A stretch of DNA of 64,000 nt from a virus. The notes beneath the pieces are model-generated. The model worked only from the letters and a program-made list of their open reading frames with translations. It did no database searches and had not been told where the DNA came from. Shown piece after piece: positions 27,295-38,200 of this stretch. The stretch's first letter is position 1. Each line of letters opens with the position of its first letter. The stretch is taken from positions 10,718-74,717 of the IMG/VR virus record IMGVR_UViG_3300008267_000780. One strand, written 5' to 3'. The translations under genes and the position numbers were made by a program.

Positions 27295-27672
27295 ATGAAT
27301 ATTAAAAAGGATTTTTTTAAAGGAGTTAGTCTTTACGCCACTGAATCTTCGGTTCAAGAATCAGAAGTTCAAGTGCGATTGACTATTGGTCAGAGTGAAT
27401 CTGAGCCTATCAATTATCAATGGTGCATTAATTGGCAGCCCAATCGTAATACGAATTATAACGAGGTTATGGGTCGCAAAATTATCAATATCACTGAGGC
27501 TTTAGTGGCACCTATGTTGCATCAAGCAATGGTCAAGTGGGCAAGAACTCTTGACATTTCATTAGAAAATTTTAGTGGTTTCTTGTTCAAGAAAGACGAT
27601 GTTATTGGTGTTGCTATCTACGATAAGACAACCCCAAAAAAATTATGTCCAATTGAAGAATTACTTGGATGA
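27295..27672 (+). CDS. hypothetical protein
   Basis: ATG at 27295, coupled to the next gene. Confidence 0.7.
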   Translation: MNIKKDFFKGVSLYATESSVQESEVQVRLTIGQSESEPINYQWCINWQPNRNTNYNEVMGRKIINITEALVAPMLHQAMVKWARTLDISLENFSGFLFKKDDVIGVAIYDKTTPKKLCPIEELLG

Positions 27673-28550
27673 GCGTCAAAGTCGCAAGAAGTTCCCATTG
27701 GGTTATTAGGACTCTCGAGGGGAACGGTTTAGCCGTTTATTTAGGCGAAGACGATGTAATTTATGTAAAGGACCAAAACGGGTCCATACAGCCGTTAAAG
27801 GAACTTATTGGGTCCCTATCGGTGGATGTCCCTGAAGGTGGTTTTCAAAGTGGTACTTCAGGTACTTCGGGAAAAACAAATGGAACATCGGGTTCATCGG
27901 GAACGAGCGGTTCCAATGGGCAAGACGGAACGTCGGGTGAAAATGGATTGGACGGTACATCGGGGTCATCAGGTTCTTCAGGAAGTTCAGGAACAAGCGG
28001 CATTGACGGTTCGTCAGGCTCTTCAGGTTATAGCGGTGTGGATGGAAGTTCAGGAAGTTCGGGAACTTCAGGCGTAAATGGAATCGATGGCTCATCAGGA
28101 ACGAGCGGAAATGGCGGTACAAACGGAACGAGTGGTATCAATGGAACATCGGGCTCTTCAGGAAAAGATGGAGATATTGGGGCAAAGGGAAGCAATGGAA
28201 CCTCAGGCTCTTCGGGGGTTTGCGGTTCTTCAGGTACGAGCGGTGTAGGATATTCATTTGAGCAAATTGATAGTCGGTCAAAGACATTATTGGATTTTAC
28301 AAAAAGTCAAATTCTTTTCCTAAATTTGAATAATAACACGACACTAAATTTTGCAGGTTTTCCTGTTGGAATATTTTATCTGATAGTAAAGCAAGGTATT
28401 GGTAACTACAGTGTTACATTCCCTTATGTCCTTAAACAAGCAAAAGGGTTTGAATATGTTCCAAGCATTTTCCCGAATGCTGTAGATGTGTTACAATTTA
28501 TGTGCGATGGCACATCATTTTATGTGATTGACTGCAAAAAAGAATACTAA
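27669..28550 (+). CDS. short Gly-X-Y (GTS/GSS) fibre protein
   Basis: about 130 aa of Gly-X-Y; C-terminal beta domain; N-terminus shared with 28550. Confidence 0.75.
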   Translation: MSVKVARSSHWVIRTLEGNGLAVYLGEDDVIYVKDQNGSIQPLKELIGSLSVDVPEGGFQSGTSGTSGKTNGTSGSSGTSGSNGQDGTSGENGLDGTSGSSGSSGSSGTSGIDGSSGSSGYSGVDGSSGSSGTSGVNGIDGSSGTSGNGGTNGTSGINGTSGSSGKDGDIGAKGSNGTSGSSGVCGSSGTSGVGYSFEQIDSRSKTLLDFTKSQILFLNLNNNTTLNFAGFPVGIFYLIVKQGIGNYSVTFPYVLKQAKGFEYVPSIFPNAVDVLQFMCDGTSFYVIDCKKEY

Positions 28551-29320
28551 TGACCACAAGCGTTTTAACCACGAGTTTAGCAAGGAACATAAATACCGTT
28601 GAAGGTAATGGTCTTTATATTTTCCTCGATGACTCGGATTATGTGTTAAAGTTAAAAGACGTTGATGGAAATATACAGCCTGTTTCAGACTTCGTAGGAA
28701 GTGGTGGAACAAGCGGTGGTGGTATTCAATCAATCAATGCCTTAACAGCGGCTGCTCAATTTTTGACAACGGGTACTTCGGGTAGTGATTTTGCCGTACA
28801 GTCTTCAGGGAATACACACACTTTCAATTTGCCTGATGCGAGTACGAGTGCACGCGGTGTGGTAAGTACGGGCCCTCAAAATATTAAAGGTGTCAAAACA
28901 TTTACGGACAACGCATTTTTTCAAGGGGATGTGGACATTTTGGGTACGCTCACAGCGGAAGCCAAATCGTTCTTGATTCCTCACCCCGACCCCGATAAAC
29001 AAGGGTGGGATTTACAACACGGAAACTTAGAAGGTGGTGAACACGCGATTTATTATCGAGGCCGCATTCAAGGGACAAATATGATATATCTACCTTCATA
29101 TTGGAAGTTTTTGGTTAGTCAACACAGCATCACGGTGCATTTGACAAGTGCCAAAGGCGACTTCAATTATTTCGTAGAAGATGTGACTTTAGAAAGTATT
29201 CGAATTGCAAAATCCGTAGGAGATTGGTTTTCCTACGATTGCTATTTCATAATTCACGCTGAACGACGAGATATTGGCAAATTGAAGGTGGAGATTACAC
29301 CTCAAGAAAAGCAATATTGA
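28550..29320 (+). CDS. fibre/spike protein
   Basis: QNIKGVKTF repeat and KSFLIPHP...LEGGEHAIYYRG..LPSYW C-terminal domain typical of phage fibres. Confidence 0.65.
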   Translation: MTTSVLTTSLARNINTVEGNGLYIFLDDSDYVLKLKDVDGNIQPVSDFVGSGGTSGGGIQSINALTAAAQFLTTGTSGSDFAVQSSGNTHTFNLPDASTSARGVVSTGPQNIKGVKTFTDNAFFQGDVDILGTLTAEAKSFLIPHPDPDKQGWDLQHGNLEGGEHAIYYRGRIQGTNMIYLPSYWKFLVSQHSITVHLTSAKGDFNYFVEDVTLESIRIAKSVGDWFSYDCYFIIHAERRDIGKLKVEITPQEKQY

Positions 29321-31287
29321 TGAAAAGAATACTCCATTTAATACCTCACCTCAGTACGGGTGGGTGCCCCCAATTCGCTTACGACTTATTAAGAAAAACC
29401 AAAGACACCACAGATGCTTATGTGGTGGAATATGCATTCATTGCTTGGGACTATGTCGTTCAAAGAAATCGAATTATTGATTTAATGAAAGACAGGTTTT
29501 ACTCTTTGGGAGAACAGAAAGAGCAACTGTTTGACATTATTGATACGATTAAGCCTGATGTTATCCATATTCAAGAATTTCCCGAATATTTTATGGACGA
29601 TGAAATTGCCCGTAAATTGTACGATAATAATCGGGAATATGTAATTGTAGAAACGAGTCACGACAGCGGGTTCAATCCCGCGAATAAGCGTTTTTTCTCA
29701 GACCATTTAGCATTGATAAGCCAATGGCAAATTGATAAATTTAAAGATTACGATATCCCAATAACTCTATTGGAAAGTGACATCGAATACAAAACCAAAA
29801 CTCAAAATCAGAGAGAAGAAGGGTTGTTAAAACTTGGATTAGACCCAAAGAAAAAACACGTTTTAAACGTGGGGTTATGGACAAGCAGAAAAAACCAAGC
29901 GGAAGTCTTAGAGTACGCAAAAGAACTCGAAAGGTACCCTGACATAGAATTTCATTTTGTTGGAAATCAGGCCCCTAATTTCGAGAATTATTGGGGTCCA
30001 CTGATTCACAATCTACCATCAAATGTGCAAGTTTGGGGAGAACGTAGTGATGTAAATAGTTTTTACGAGTGTATGGACCTGTTCCTGTTTACATCCCGAG
30101 GAACCAATGGCGATATGGAAACGAGCCCGTTGGTGCTAAGAGAGGCGACAGGGCACCAAATGCCGATATTGATGTATAACCTGCCTGTCTACCTCGATTA
30201 CTACAACAAATTCCCGAATATCAAATATTTAACCGACTTCAAAACAAACGTAAATTTGATTTTGTCGCTATTAAAAATTCAAGAAGAATTCCCGAGCAAA
30301 TTATTCAAATTTGATTACGGAATTACGGATAACAAAATCTTCATTAACTATCAAAAAGACAGCAAAATGGAGGTTTGGTTTTCAATATGCGATACCGACA
30401 CAAAGCACGCAATTTATGCTTTCAAAGGAGAGTTTGAATACAAATCCTCAATGTGGGTAATTCCTATTCCGAAAGATGCTTTCGACAATATTTACAATTC
30501 AAAAGGAAATTTCAGAGGGTATGAAATATCTGTTTGGGACAGTTTGCAAGAAAACCAATTAGAGAGCGAAATTATTTGGTTAAATAAGAATTTACCTATC
30601 CCAAATTATAAAGTATTCGAAACTAATCCTTGGAATTTCACTTGGTCCAACTACAATGAAATGTTCATTGATAAATATTATGAAAAAACAAACATCGTGG
30701 TTGGTAAGGTTTGCTTAGATATTGGGGCAAATGATGGTTTATTTACTGAATGGTTACTGAGCCAAGGTTCTGAAAAAATTTATGCAATTGAATGCGACCC
30801 AAGATGCATAAAATTTTTAAATAAAAAATTCAATTCCAATAAAAATGTGACTGTAATAAACAAGGCTTTATGGAAGGAAAATCAAAACGAAATGAAACTT
30901 TATTACGTTGATGATACTTCGGTGTTTAGTAGTTTGAAAGAAGAGGGAAATTGTAAGGGTAAAAATTATTATGGTGTTTGCTCTTGGGATTTTACAACTT
31001 TGATTAGTAAACACAATATCAATAAAATAGACTTATTCAAAATAGATATTGAGGGCGCAGAATATGAGGTATTTGAATCGATGACAAATGAGCAAGTTAA
31101 TCAAATCAATTCATTCTTAATCGAAATACATTTAAACACTAACGGTCAAGTTTATAAAATAACGGACAGATTAAAAATGTTAGGTTATGAAATACAGTTC
31201 AGAGAGCATAAAAATAACAGTTTGATAAATAATGAATTGGATTGGAAAAATTATGAATGGGCTTATTTAACAGCAACTAAAAAATAA
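29320..31287 (+). CDS. GT4 glycosyltransferase + FkbM methyltransferase fusion
   Basis: HLSTGGCPQ, RKNQ, ETSPLVLREA; LDIGANDG and KIDIEGAE. Confidence 0.85.
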   Translation: MKRILHLIPHLSTGGCPQFAYDLLRKTKDTTDAYVVEYAFIAWDYVVQRNRIIDLMKDRFYSLGEQKEQLFDIIDTIKPDVIHIQEFPEYFMDDEIARKLYDNNREYVIVETSHDSGFNPANKRFFSDHLALISQWQIDKFKDYDIPITLLESDIEYKTKTQNQREEGLLKLGLDPKKKHVLNVGLWTSRKNQAEVLEYAKELERYPDIEFHFVGNQAPNFENYWGPLIHNLPSNVQVWGERSDVNSFYECMDLFLFTSRGTNGDMETSPLVLREATGHQMPILMYNLPVYLDYYNKFPNIKYLTDFKTNVNLILSLLKIQEEFPSKLFKFDYGITDNKIFINYQKDSKMEVWFSICDTDTKHAIYAFKGEFEYKSSMWVIPIPKDAFDNIYNSKGNFRGYEISVWDSLQENQLESEIIWLNKNLPIPNYKVFETNPWNFTWSNYNEMFIDKYYEKTNIVVGKVCLDIGANDGLFTEWLLSQGSEKIYAIECDPRCIKFLNKKFNSNKNVTVINKALWKENQNEMKLYYVDDTSVFSSLKEEGNCKGKNYYGVCSWDFTTLISKHNINKIDLFKIDIEGAEYEVFESMTNEQVNQINSFLIEIHLNTNGQVYKITDRLKMLGYEIQFREHKNNSLINNELDWKNYEWAYLTATKK

Positions 31288-31305
31288 ATTATTAAAATTA
31301 AATAT

Positions 31306-33069
31306 ATGACAAACATAGAAACCCCTTTATTTAGAGTAGAGTATGTAAAAGACGAAAACAAGATTTTTGTTTACTACAATGAGAAAAATCCAATTGATGT
31401 CAGTATTTCAGTAGCCGATATAGATTCAAAGCACGCGATTTACGCGTTTGATTCTCATTTCAGGGACTATTCAGGATGTTGGAATGTTCCCGTTCCCTTG
31501 GGCGCATTGCATCACTACAATCGCACGGGATACTTCAGGGGATATGAGGTTTCTATTTACACTGCGGACAGAACTACGCTGTTGGAACAACATACAATTT
31601 GGTACAACGAAAATGCTCCAAAATTTGAGAGAGTTTTGTTCCCGACAGACCCTTGGAATTTGACGTGGATTAACTATACGGAAATGTTTGTTGAAGACTT
31701 TTACAATCCACTCCAAATGAATATCAAAGGTGTATGCTTGGATATCGGGGCTAACGATGGACTGTACACCGAATATTTGCTGCGTAATGGAGCGGAAAGG
31801 GTTTATGCAGTAGAATGTGACCCTCGAAGCATTAAGTTTCTGAACAAGCGATTCAATGGCGACACAAGGGTTGTAATTGTTGACAAAGGTTTATGGAATG
31901 CAAACCAAAACGGTGTAAAGTTAGCCTACAAAGAAGATACAAGCACTGTTTCATCCATCAAAACTGAAGTTCATCACTTCGATGAAAACAATTATTTCTA
32001 CATCGATACTTGGGATTATGCAACCCTAAAAAGCAAAATGAATATCAGCAAAGTAGATTTTTTCAAAATTGATATTGAAGGTGCGGAATATGAGGTTTTC
32101 GAATCAATGACCGATGATGACATTTGCGAAATTGAAGGTTTTATGGTTGAAATTCATTGGAACTCAAATGGTCGTATTTATGGTATCACCGATAGATTGC
32201 AAAGATTAGGATACTCAATCGAACTTCGCAGACACACCGTGGACAATGCTGTAATAGAGAACCGTGATGAATGGAAGGACTACGACCTGTGCACATTCTA
32301 CGCTTCAAAAAAAAAAGAACCTCGGAAGTTTAGTTTAGTCATTCATCACTTACAAACGACTCTGTTGACTGATGTTGAAAAGCAAAGTCGTGATAAAATT
32401 GATTTTCTAATTTATTTGTTGAAAAAAGATTCTCGTTTTAGTGAGGTCAAGTGGTATCGTCATATGAATGCTCCTTGGAAAGAATTACCCACTACCGAAA
32501 ATTGCAATAGACCAAATGCGGTGTCTATGGAACAATTTCCAAATGGCACGAATGAATATGGGCAAACTGCCCTAACACCTGCACATTATGGTTGTTTTAG
32601 AGCATTCAATGATGCCATTCAGATGAAGTTCAATCAGGATTTTTCAGCAACAATGGTATTTGAGGGGGACGCGGACATTCAGGATGTGAATCAATACATT
32701 GAATGCCTATATGCTGCATTGTGCGAGGCCGACAAAAATCAAATTGACTTCATTTCATTCGGAGGCGCGTATCATTTAGAAACAGGCGATTTATTGGCGC
32801 ATCCTGTAGAACGCATTGATGCTTTGCCTTTTGGGTGGATTTCGAAACACGTTCCTTTTGCGCATTCGATAATTATTCCTCAGAGATACATCAGACAGAT
32901 GATGCACGCCTTTGCAAAGGAGCCTTGGGATGTTGCTGATTTATTTTTTATCAATCATTTTAATATGAATCCTGACAGAAGGCAATTTGTAAGTGAAATT
33001 CAACTCAGTCATCAAATTGATGGGTATTCACTAATTGACAAAAAGATTAAAAATTACTTAATCAAATGA
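31306..33069 (+). CDS. FkbM methyltransferase + GT-A (GT25-like) domain
   Basis: LDIGANDG, KIDIEGAE; HYGCFRAF..VFEGDA. Confidence 0.8.
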   Translation: MTNIETPLFRVEYVKDENKIFVYYNEKNPIDVSISVADIDSKHAIYAFDSHFRDYSGCWNVPVPLGALHHYNRTGYFRGYEVSIYTADRTTLLEQHTIWYNENAPKFERVLFPTDPWNLTWINYTEMFVEDFYNPLQMNIKGVCLDIGANDGLYTEYLLRNGAERVYAVECDPRSIKFLNKRFNGDTRVVIVDKGLWNANQNGVKLAYKEDTSTVSSIKTEVHHFDENNYFYIDTWDYATLKSKMNISKVDFFKIDIEGAEYEVFESMTDDDICEIEGFMVEIHWNSNGRIYGITDRLQRLGYSIELRRHTVDNAVIENRDEWKDYDLCTFYASKKKEPRKFSLVIHHLQTTLLTDVEKQSRDKIDFLIYLLKKDSRFSEVKWYRHMNAPWKELPTTENCNRPNAVSMEQFPNGTNEYGQTALTPAHYGCFRAFNDAIQMKFNQDFSATMVFEGDADIQDVNQYIECLYAALCEADKNQIDFISFGGAYHLETGDLLAHPVERIDALPFGWISKHVPFAHSIIIPQRYIRQMMHAFAKEPWDVADLFFINHFNMNPDRRQFVSEIQLSHQIDGYSLIDKKIKNYLIK

Positions 33070-35213
33070 GAATCGCACATATTCAACCAAGCGTAATTTC
33101 AGTCCCCCCAAATGGATGGGGGGCAATTGAAAAAATCATTTGGGAATACAAAATGGTTTTGAATCAGTTAGGACACGTCTGCGAAGTAGTCAATTTGCAA
33201 GATTTAAAGGCCGAAGAATGGGACGTTGTTCATTGCCATATGTTTGACCAAGCATTGTGGTTGGCCGAACAAAAAATCCCATATTTCTATTCTCACCACG
33301 ACCATCATTCGATAGTGTGGGGTGAAGAAAGTGCTAACTATCAATTAAATCTGAAAGCAATGAGACTTGCTGAGGTTGCCTTTGTTCACGCGAAAAGTAG
33401 TATTGAGGTCTTCAAAAATATCCCTTATTATTTGAGTCACGGTGTCAATACTGAATTCTTTAATTTTGTAGAGCCGAAAGGTATTGATGAGCCAAATATT
33501 ATTATTGTAGGAAACAATGGTTTGGCGGGGACTGAGAAAGTATTTGACCGAAAAGGATTCAGATATGCAATAGAGGCGGCACGTGAATTAAAGTGGTCAA
33601 TTACTATGGTTGGCCCCAAAGCAACCCAAGAACAGTTTCTTAGGGAAAACCCTGATTTGCAGTATGAAAAATTAAGGTTGGTTTTTGATGCGGACGAAGA
33701 GCAGTTGAAGAAAGAACTACAGAATGCTCATTTAATGATTCACGCTACGTTTGTAGAGGCAGGTCATCCCCCTTTAACACCGTTGGAAGCAATGTCTTGC
33801 GGGGTCCCTGTAATTGGCACACCAATGGGTGACGATGTGCCTCAAATAGTATGTGAAAGAACTACCGAAAGCGTAGTGGAAGGAATTAAACAATTTGTAT
33901 TTCAGAGACACGCATTAATTGAAGAAGCACGTCAAATTGCCGAAAATTACGATTGGAAAATTATTGTAGAAAATAATTTATTGAAATGGTATTTTGAGGT
34001 ATTGGACCGAAACAATATGGCTAACACGGCCCGTAGAATTTACCATCAATCGACCATCAATAAAGTGCAAGACACTATGATGTTCAAGTATTTAGATGGT
34101 GCAAGGGTTGATTTGGTTGGCAGTAGCGACTTTAAATACAAATCAGAATTATTTATTCAAGACACTCAAGAAGTTATTTACGGTTGTGAAATAAAATGCG
34201 GGATGTTCGCACAATCTGCAAGAAAATATCATCGTAACTATGCTTGGAAAATCACAGATGAAAAGGGGAACGAATTCATTCAACCTTACGATGCAAAAAA
34301 CAAAAGGGTTTACGTGGCCATCGAAAGTTCAAGTTTAGGAGATTCCTTGGCTTGGATGCCGATTATAGAAGAGTTCAGATTGGTTCACTCCTGTAAATTG
34401 ATTGTAAGCACTTTTTGGAACGATATGTTCAAGGATGCATATCCTGAAATTGAATTTATCAGGGCAGGTACACCCGTGAATAATATTTACGCGATGTACA
34501 GAATAGGTTGGTATTATGAAAACGATGGATTGGATGTTCATTTTGGACATCATTCGAGGGATTTTCGCAAATTCTCACTGCAAGGTACGGCCTGTGATAT
34601 ATTGGGCTTGCCCGACATTGAAGTCAAACCCAAAATAAAAGAAGTTGAAGGTCAAAAATTCAATAAAAAATATGTGGTTATTGCACCTCACGCTTCGAGT
34701 CATTGCAAATATTGGCACAATGAAGAAGGATGGGCTAAAGTGGTCGAATTTTTAAACGACTTGGGATATGAAGTTTGGAACATCTCAAAAGAGTCTGCAT
34801 CAAGCGATTGGGAGAATTCTAAGTTGCCAAAAAACGCCTTAAAAAATGTAATTGATAAGACAGGAGACATACATATAGACGAAAGGATTTCTCAAATAAA
34901 ATCCTCATCTTTGTTTATTGGATTAGGGAGCGGACTTTCGTGGTTGGCTTGGGCCTGTAGTACACCTGTTGTCCTAATAAGTGGTTTCTCAAGGCCTGTA
35001 AGCGAATTTACGGATTGTACCCGTGTCTTTAATCAAAATGTGTGTAATGGATGCTTTAACGATTACAGGCTTGATGCAGGTAATTGGAATTGGTGCCCTA
35101 AATATGAAAATACTGACAAAATGTATGAATGCAGTAAGTCGATTACTCCTGAACAAGTAATTGATGCAATTAGGAAAACACTAAACAAGCACCAAACAGC
35201 ACCCGATGGCTAA
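33066..35213 (+). CDS. GT4 + Aah/TibC-like (BAHT) protein O-heptosyltransferase fusion
   Basis: VPPNGWGAIEK, RKGF, PLEAMSCG; SSSLGDSLAW, FIGLGSGLSWLAWA, ISGFS, CNGC..WNWCP..ECSKSI Cys cluster. Confidence 0.8.
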   Translation: MRIAHIQPSVISVPPNGWGAIEKIIWEYKMVLNQLGHVCEVVNLQDLKAEEWDVVHCHMFDQALWLAEQKIPYFYSHHDHHSIVWGEESANYQLNLKAMRLAEVAFVHAKSSIEVFKNIPYYLSHGVNTEFFNFVEPKGIDEPNIIIVGNNGLAGTEKVFDRKGFRYAIEAARELKWSITMVGPKATQEQFLRENPDLQYEKLRLVFDADEEQLKKELQNAHLMIHATFVEAGHPPLTPLEAMSCGVPVIGTPMGDDVPQIVCERTTESVVEGIKQFVFQRHALIEEARQIAENYDWKIIVENNLLKWYFEVLDRNNMANTARRIYHQSTINKVQDTMMFKYLDGARVDLVGSSDFKYKSELFIQDTQEVIYGCEIKCGMFAQSARKYHRNYAWKITDEKGNEFIQPYDAKNKRVYVAIESSSLGDSLAWMPIIEEFRLVHSCKLIVSTFWNDMFKDAYPEIEFIRAGTPVNNIYAMYRIGWYYENDGLDVHFGHHSRDFRKFSLQGTACDILGLPDIEVKPKIKEVEGQKFNKKYVVIAPHASSHCKYWHNEEGWAKVVEFLNDLGYEVWNISKESASSDWENSKLPKNALKNVIDKTGDIHIDERISQIKSSSLFIGLGSGLSWLAWACSTPVVLISGFSRPVSEFTDCTRVFNQNVCNGCFNDYRLDAGNWNWCPKYENTDKMYECSKSITPEQVIDAIRKTLNKHQTAPDG

Positions 35214-38200
35214 AAACATTTTAATCACACCCTATAGGAATTCCACGAATCCTTTAGAGTTACCAAAAATAGACTTCATAAATGGCTCTACGGCCATTAC
35301 GCTTCAAGTTGAAGAAACTACACAGTCGATAACTTATGTTGGTTCTGCAGGCACGCTTTTGCAAATCAATAATGATTTAACAGGCACAACCGTATCCACA
35401 AAAAACATTGCAATTACAGGTGTTATTAAAAACACAGGTATAACCTCGAATTCGGGGTTAAATGATTTTGTGGTAGTTGATATTGCTACGGGTCAGTTTT
35501 ACTACCGTAGTGCACCAACGGGTACTTCAGGTTCTTCGGGTCAAAGCGGCACAAGCGGAACTTCAGGAGCCAACGGCTCTTCGGGTACTTCGGGAGCCAA
35601 CGGCTCAAGTGGTACTTCAGGGGCCAATGGTTCGTCAGGTACCTCAGGGGCGAATGGCTCATCAGGAACATCGGCATCAAGTGGAACTTCAGGCTCTACA
35701 GGTTCGTCGGGAACTTCAGGTGCAAATGGTTCATCAGGGACATCAGGTGTAAATGGTTCATCAGGAACATCAGGAACATCGGGTGAAAATGGTAGTTCGG
35801 GAACATCGGGAGAAAATGGCTCTTCAGGAACATCAGGTGAAAATGGTAGTTCAGGAACATCGGGCGAAAATGGCTCAAGTGGAACATCAGGTGAAAATGG
35901 TAGTTCGGGAACATCGGGTGAAAATGGTTCAAGTGGAAGTTCGGGTACTTCAGGAGCAAACGGAAGTTCAGGAACTTCAGGCGCAAATGGAACATCAGGT
36001 ACATCGGGAGGCAGTGGAGCGTCAATAAGTGATGGTTGGGATTGGGGTACACCAATTAATGCAACCAAAATGTATTCAAGCAATGGTGCTTTGGATTCAT
36101 CCTCAGTCTTATTGAATATTTCGGAAACTTCGTTGACATCTCAAAACTATGCGAGTCAATTTTCATTGATTGGTATTGGTTCAAAAATTACAACACGGGG
36201 TGGATTGTTTGGAGCAAATGTGACGGAATGGGAAGTTACATCTGTAACCGATTCAGGCACATATTATGAATTTGGTGTAACTTATCTTTCAGGTACTCAA
36301 TGGACTCCATCAACGGGAGACGATATTTTATGTGATTTTGCTATTGCGGGTCAAGCGGGAACAAGTGGAACTGCGGGAACGTCAGGTGCCAATGGTTCTT
36401 CGGGAACGTCAGGGGCGAATGGCACATCAGGCACATCAGGAGAAAATGGAACAAGCGGAACATCGGGCTCTACAGGTTCATCAGGAACTTCGGGAGCGGG
36501 GGTTGCTAATTATTATGCTCAATATAGCAGTAGCGTATCACAGGCTATTGCAGTAGTTAATACCCCTCAAGTTATCACTTATAATACCGTCGAAATAGAA
36601 AATGGTATTAGTTTTTCAGGAGGTCAAATAACCGTACAATACTCAGGTATTTACGAATTTAGTTTTTCTCCACAAGTTGAAAAAACACAGGGTGGTACAG
36701 CAGTCAACGTAGATTTTTTCATTAGAAAAAACGGATTTGACGTAATCAGAACAGATTCTATCATTGGATTGGTATCCAATAGTCAATTACAACTTCCTTT
36801 TGTTTCTTTGACTTTAGAGTTGTTACAAAATGACTTTATTGAGTTACTATTTGCATCCTCAAGTACGTTTGTTCAAATAACTGCGGAAGCCGCTAAAACT
36901 ACACCATTTGTGGCCCCCGCTGCACCATCTGTAATTGTAAGCCTTAAAAATATTGGTGTTGCAGCGGTGGCTTATACCTCTACATCAGGAAGTTCAGGAC
37001 AAAGTGGTACTGCAGGGGTTTCGGGAACAAGTGGTTCTACAGGAACTTCAGGTTCTTCAGGCGAAAGCGGAACAGCAGGTACTTCGGGTATTGCAGGTAC
37101 TTCGGGTACTTCGGGCGATAGTGGTTCAAGTGGAACGTCAGGAACAGGAGGTTCGTCAGGTTCTTCAGGCGATAGTGGTTCAAGTGGAACTTCAGGAACA
37201 GGTGGTTCAAGCGGTACTTCAGGAACAGGAGGTTCATCGGGTTCTTCAGGAAATAGTGGTTCAAGTGGAACTTCAGGAACAGGAGGTTCAAGTGGTACTT
37301 CAGGAACAGGAGGTTCATCGGGTTCTTCAGGAAATAGTGGTTCAAGTGGAACTTCAGGAACAGGCGGTTCGTCAGGTTCTTCAGGGAATAGTGGTTCAAG
37401 CGGCACTTCAGGAACAGGAGGTTCGTCAGGTTCTTCAGGCGATAGTGGTTCAAGTGGAACTTCAGGAACAGGCGGTTCAAGCGGTACTTCAGGAACAGGA
37501 GGTTCAAGCGGTACTTCAGGAACAGGAGGTTCGTCAGGTTCTTCAGGCGATAGTGGTTCAAGTGGAACTTCAGGAACAGGCGGTTCGTCAGGTTCTTCAG
37601 GCGATAGTGGTTCAAGTGGTACTTCAGGAACAGGCGGTTCAAGTGGTACTTCAGGTTCATCGGGTTCAAGCGGAAGCACGGGGACATCGGGCTCAACGGG
37701 CTCAAGCGGGTCAAGCGGAAGCGCAGGAACGTCAGGTTCAACAGGTTCAAGCGGAAGTGCAGGAACCTCAGGCTCTACAGGTTCATCAGGAACGTCAGGC
37801 TCTACGGGTTCATCGGGAACATCGGCATCAAGTGGAAGTTCAGGTAGCGCAGGTACTTCAGGAGAAAGCGGTAGCGCAGGTACTTCAGGTTCTACAGGTT
37901 CAAGCGGTTCAAGCGGAAGCACGGGGACATCGGGCTCAACGGGCTCAAGCGGGTCAAGCGGAAGCGCAGGAACAGGCGGTTCAAGCGGTACTTCAGGAAC
38001 AGGAGGTTCGTCAGGTTCGTCAGGCGATAGTGGTTCAAGTGGAACTTCAGGAACAGGCGGTTCAAGCGGTACTTCAGGAACAGGCGGTTCGTCAGGTTCT
38101 TCAGGCGATAGTGGTTCAAGTGGAACTTCAGGAACAGGCGGTTCAAGTGGTACTTCAGGTTCATCGGGTTCAAGCGGAAGCACGGGGACATCGGGCTCAA

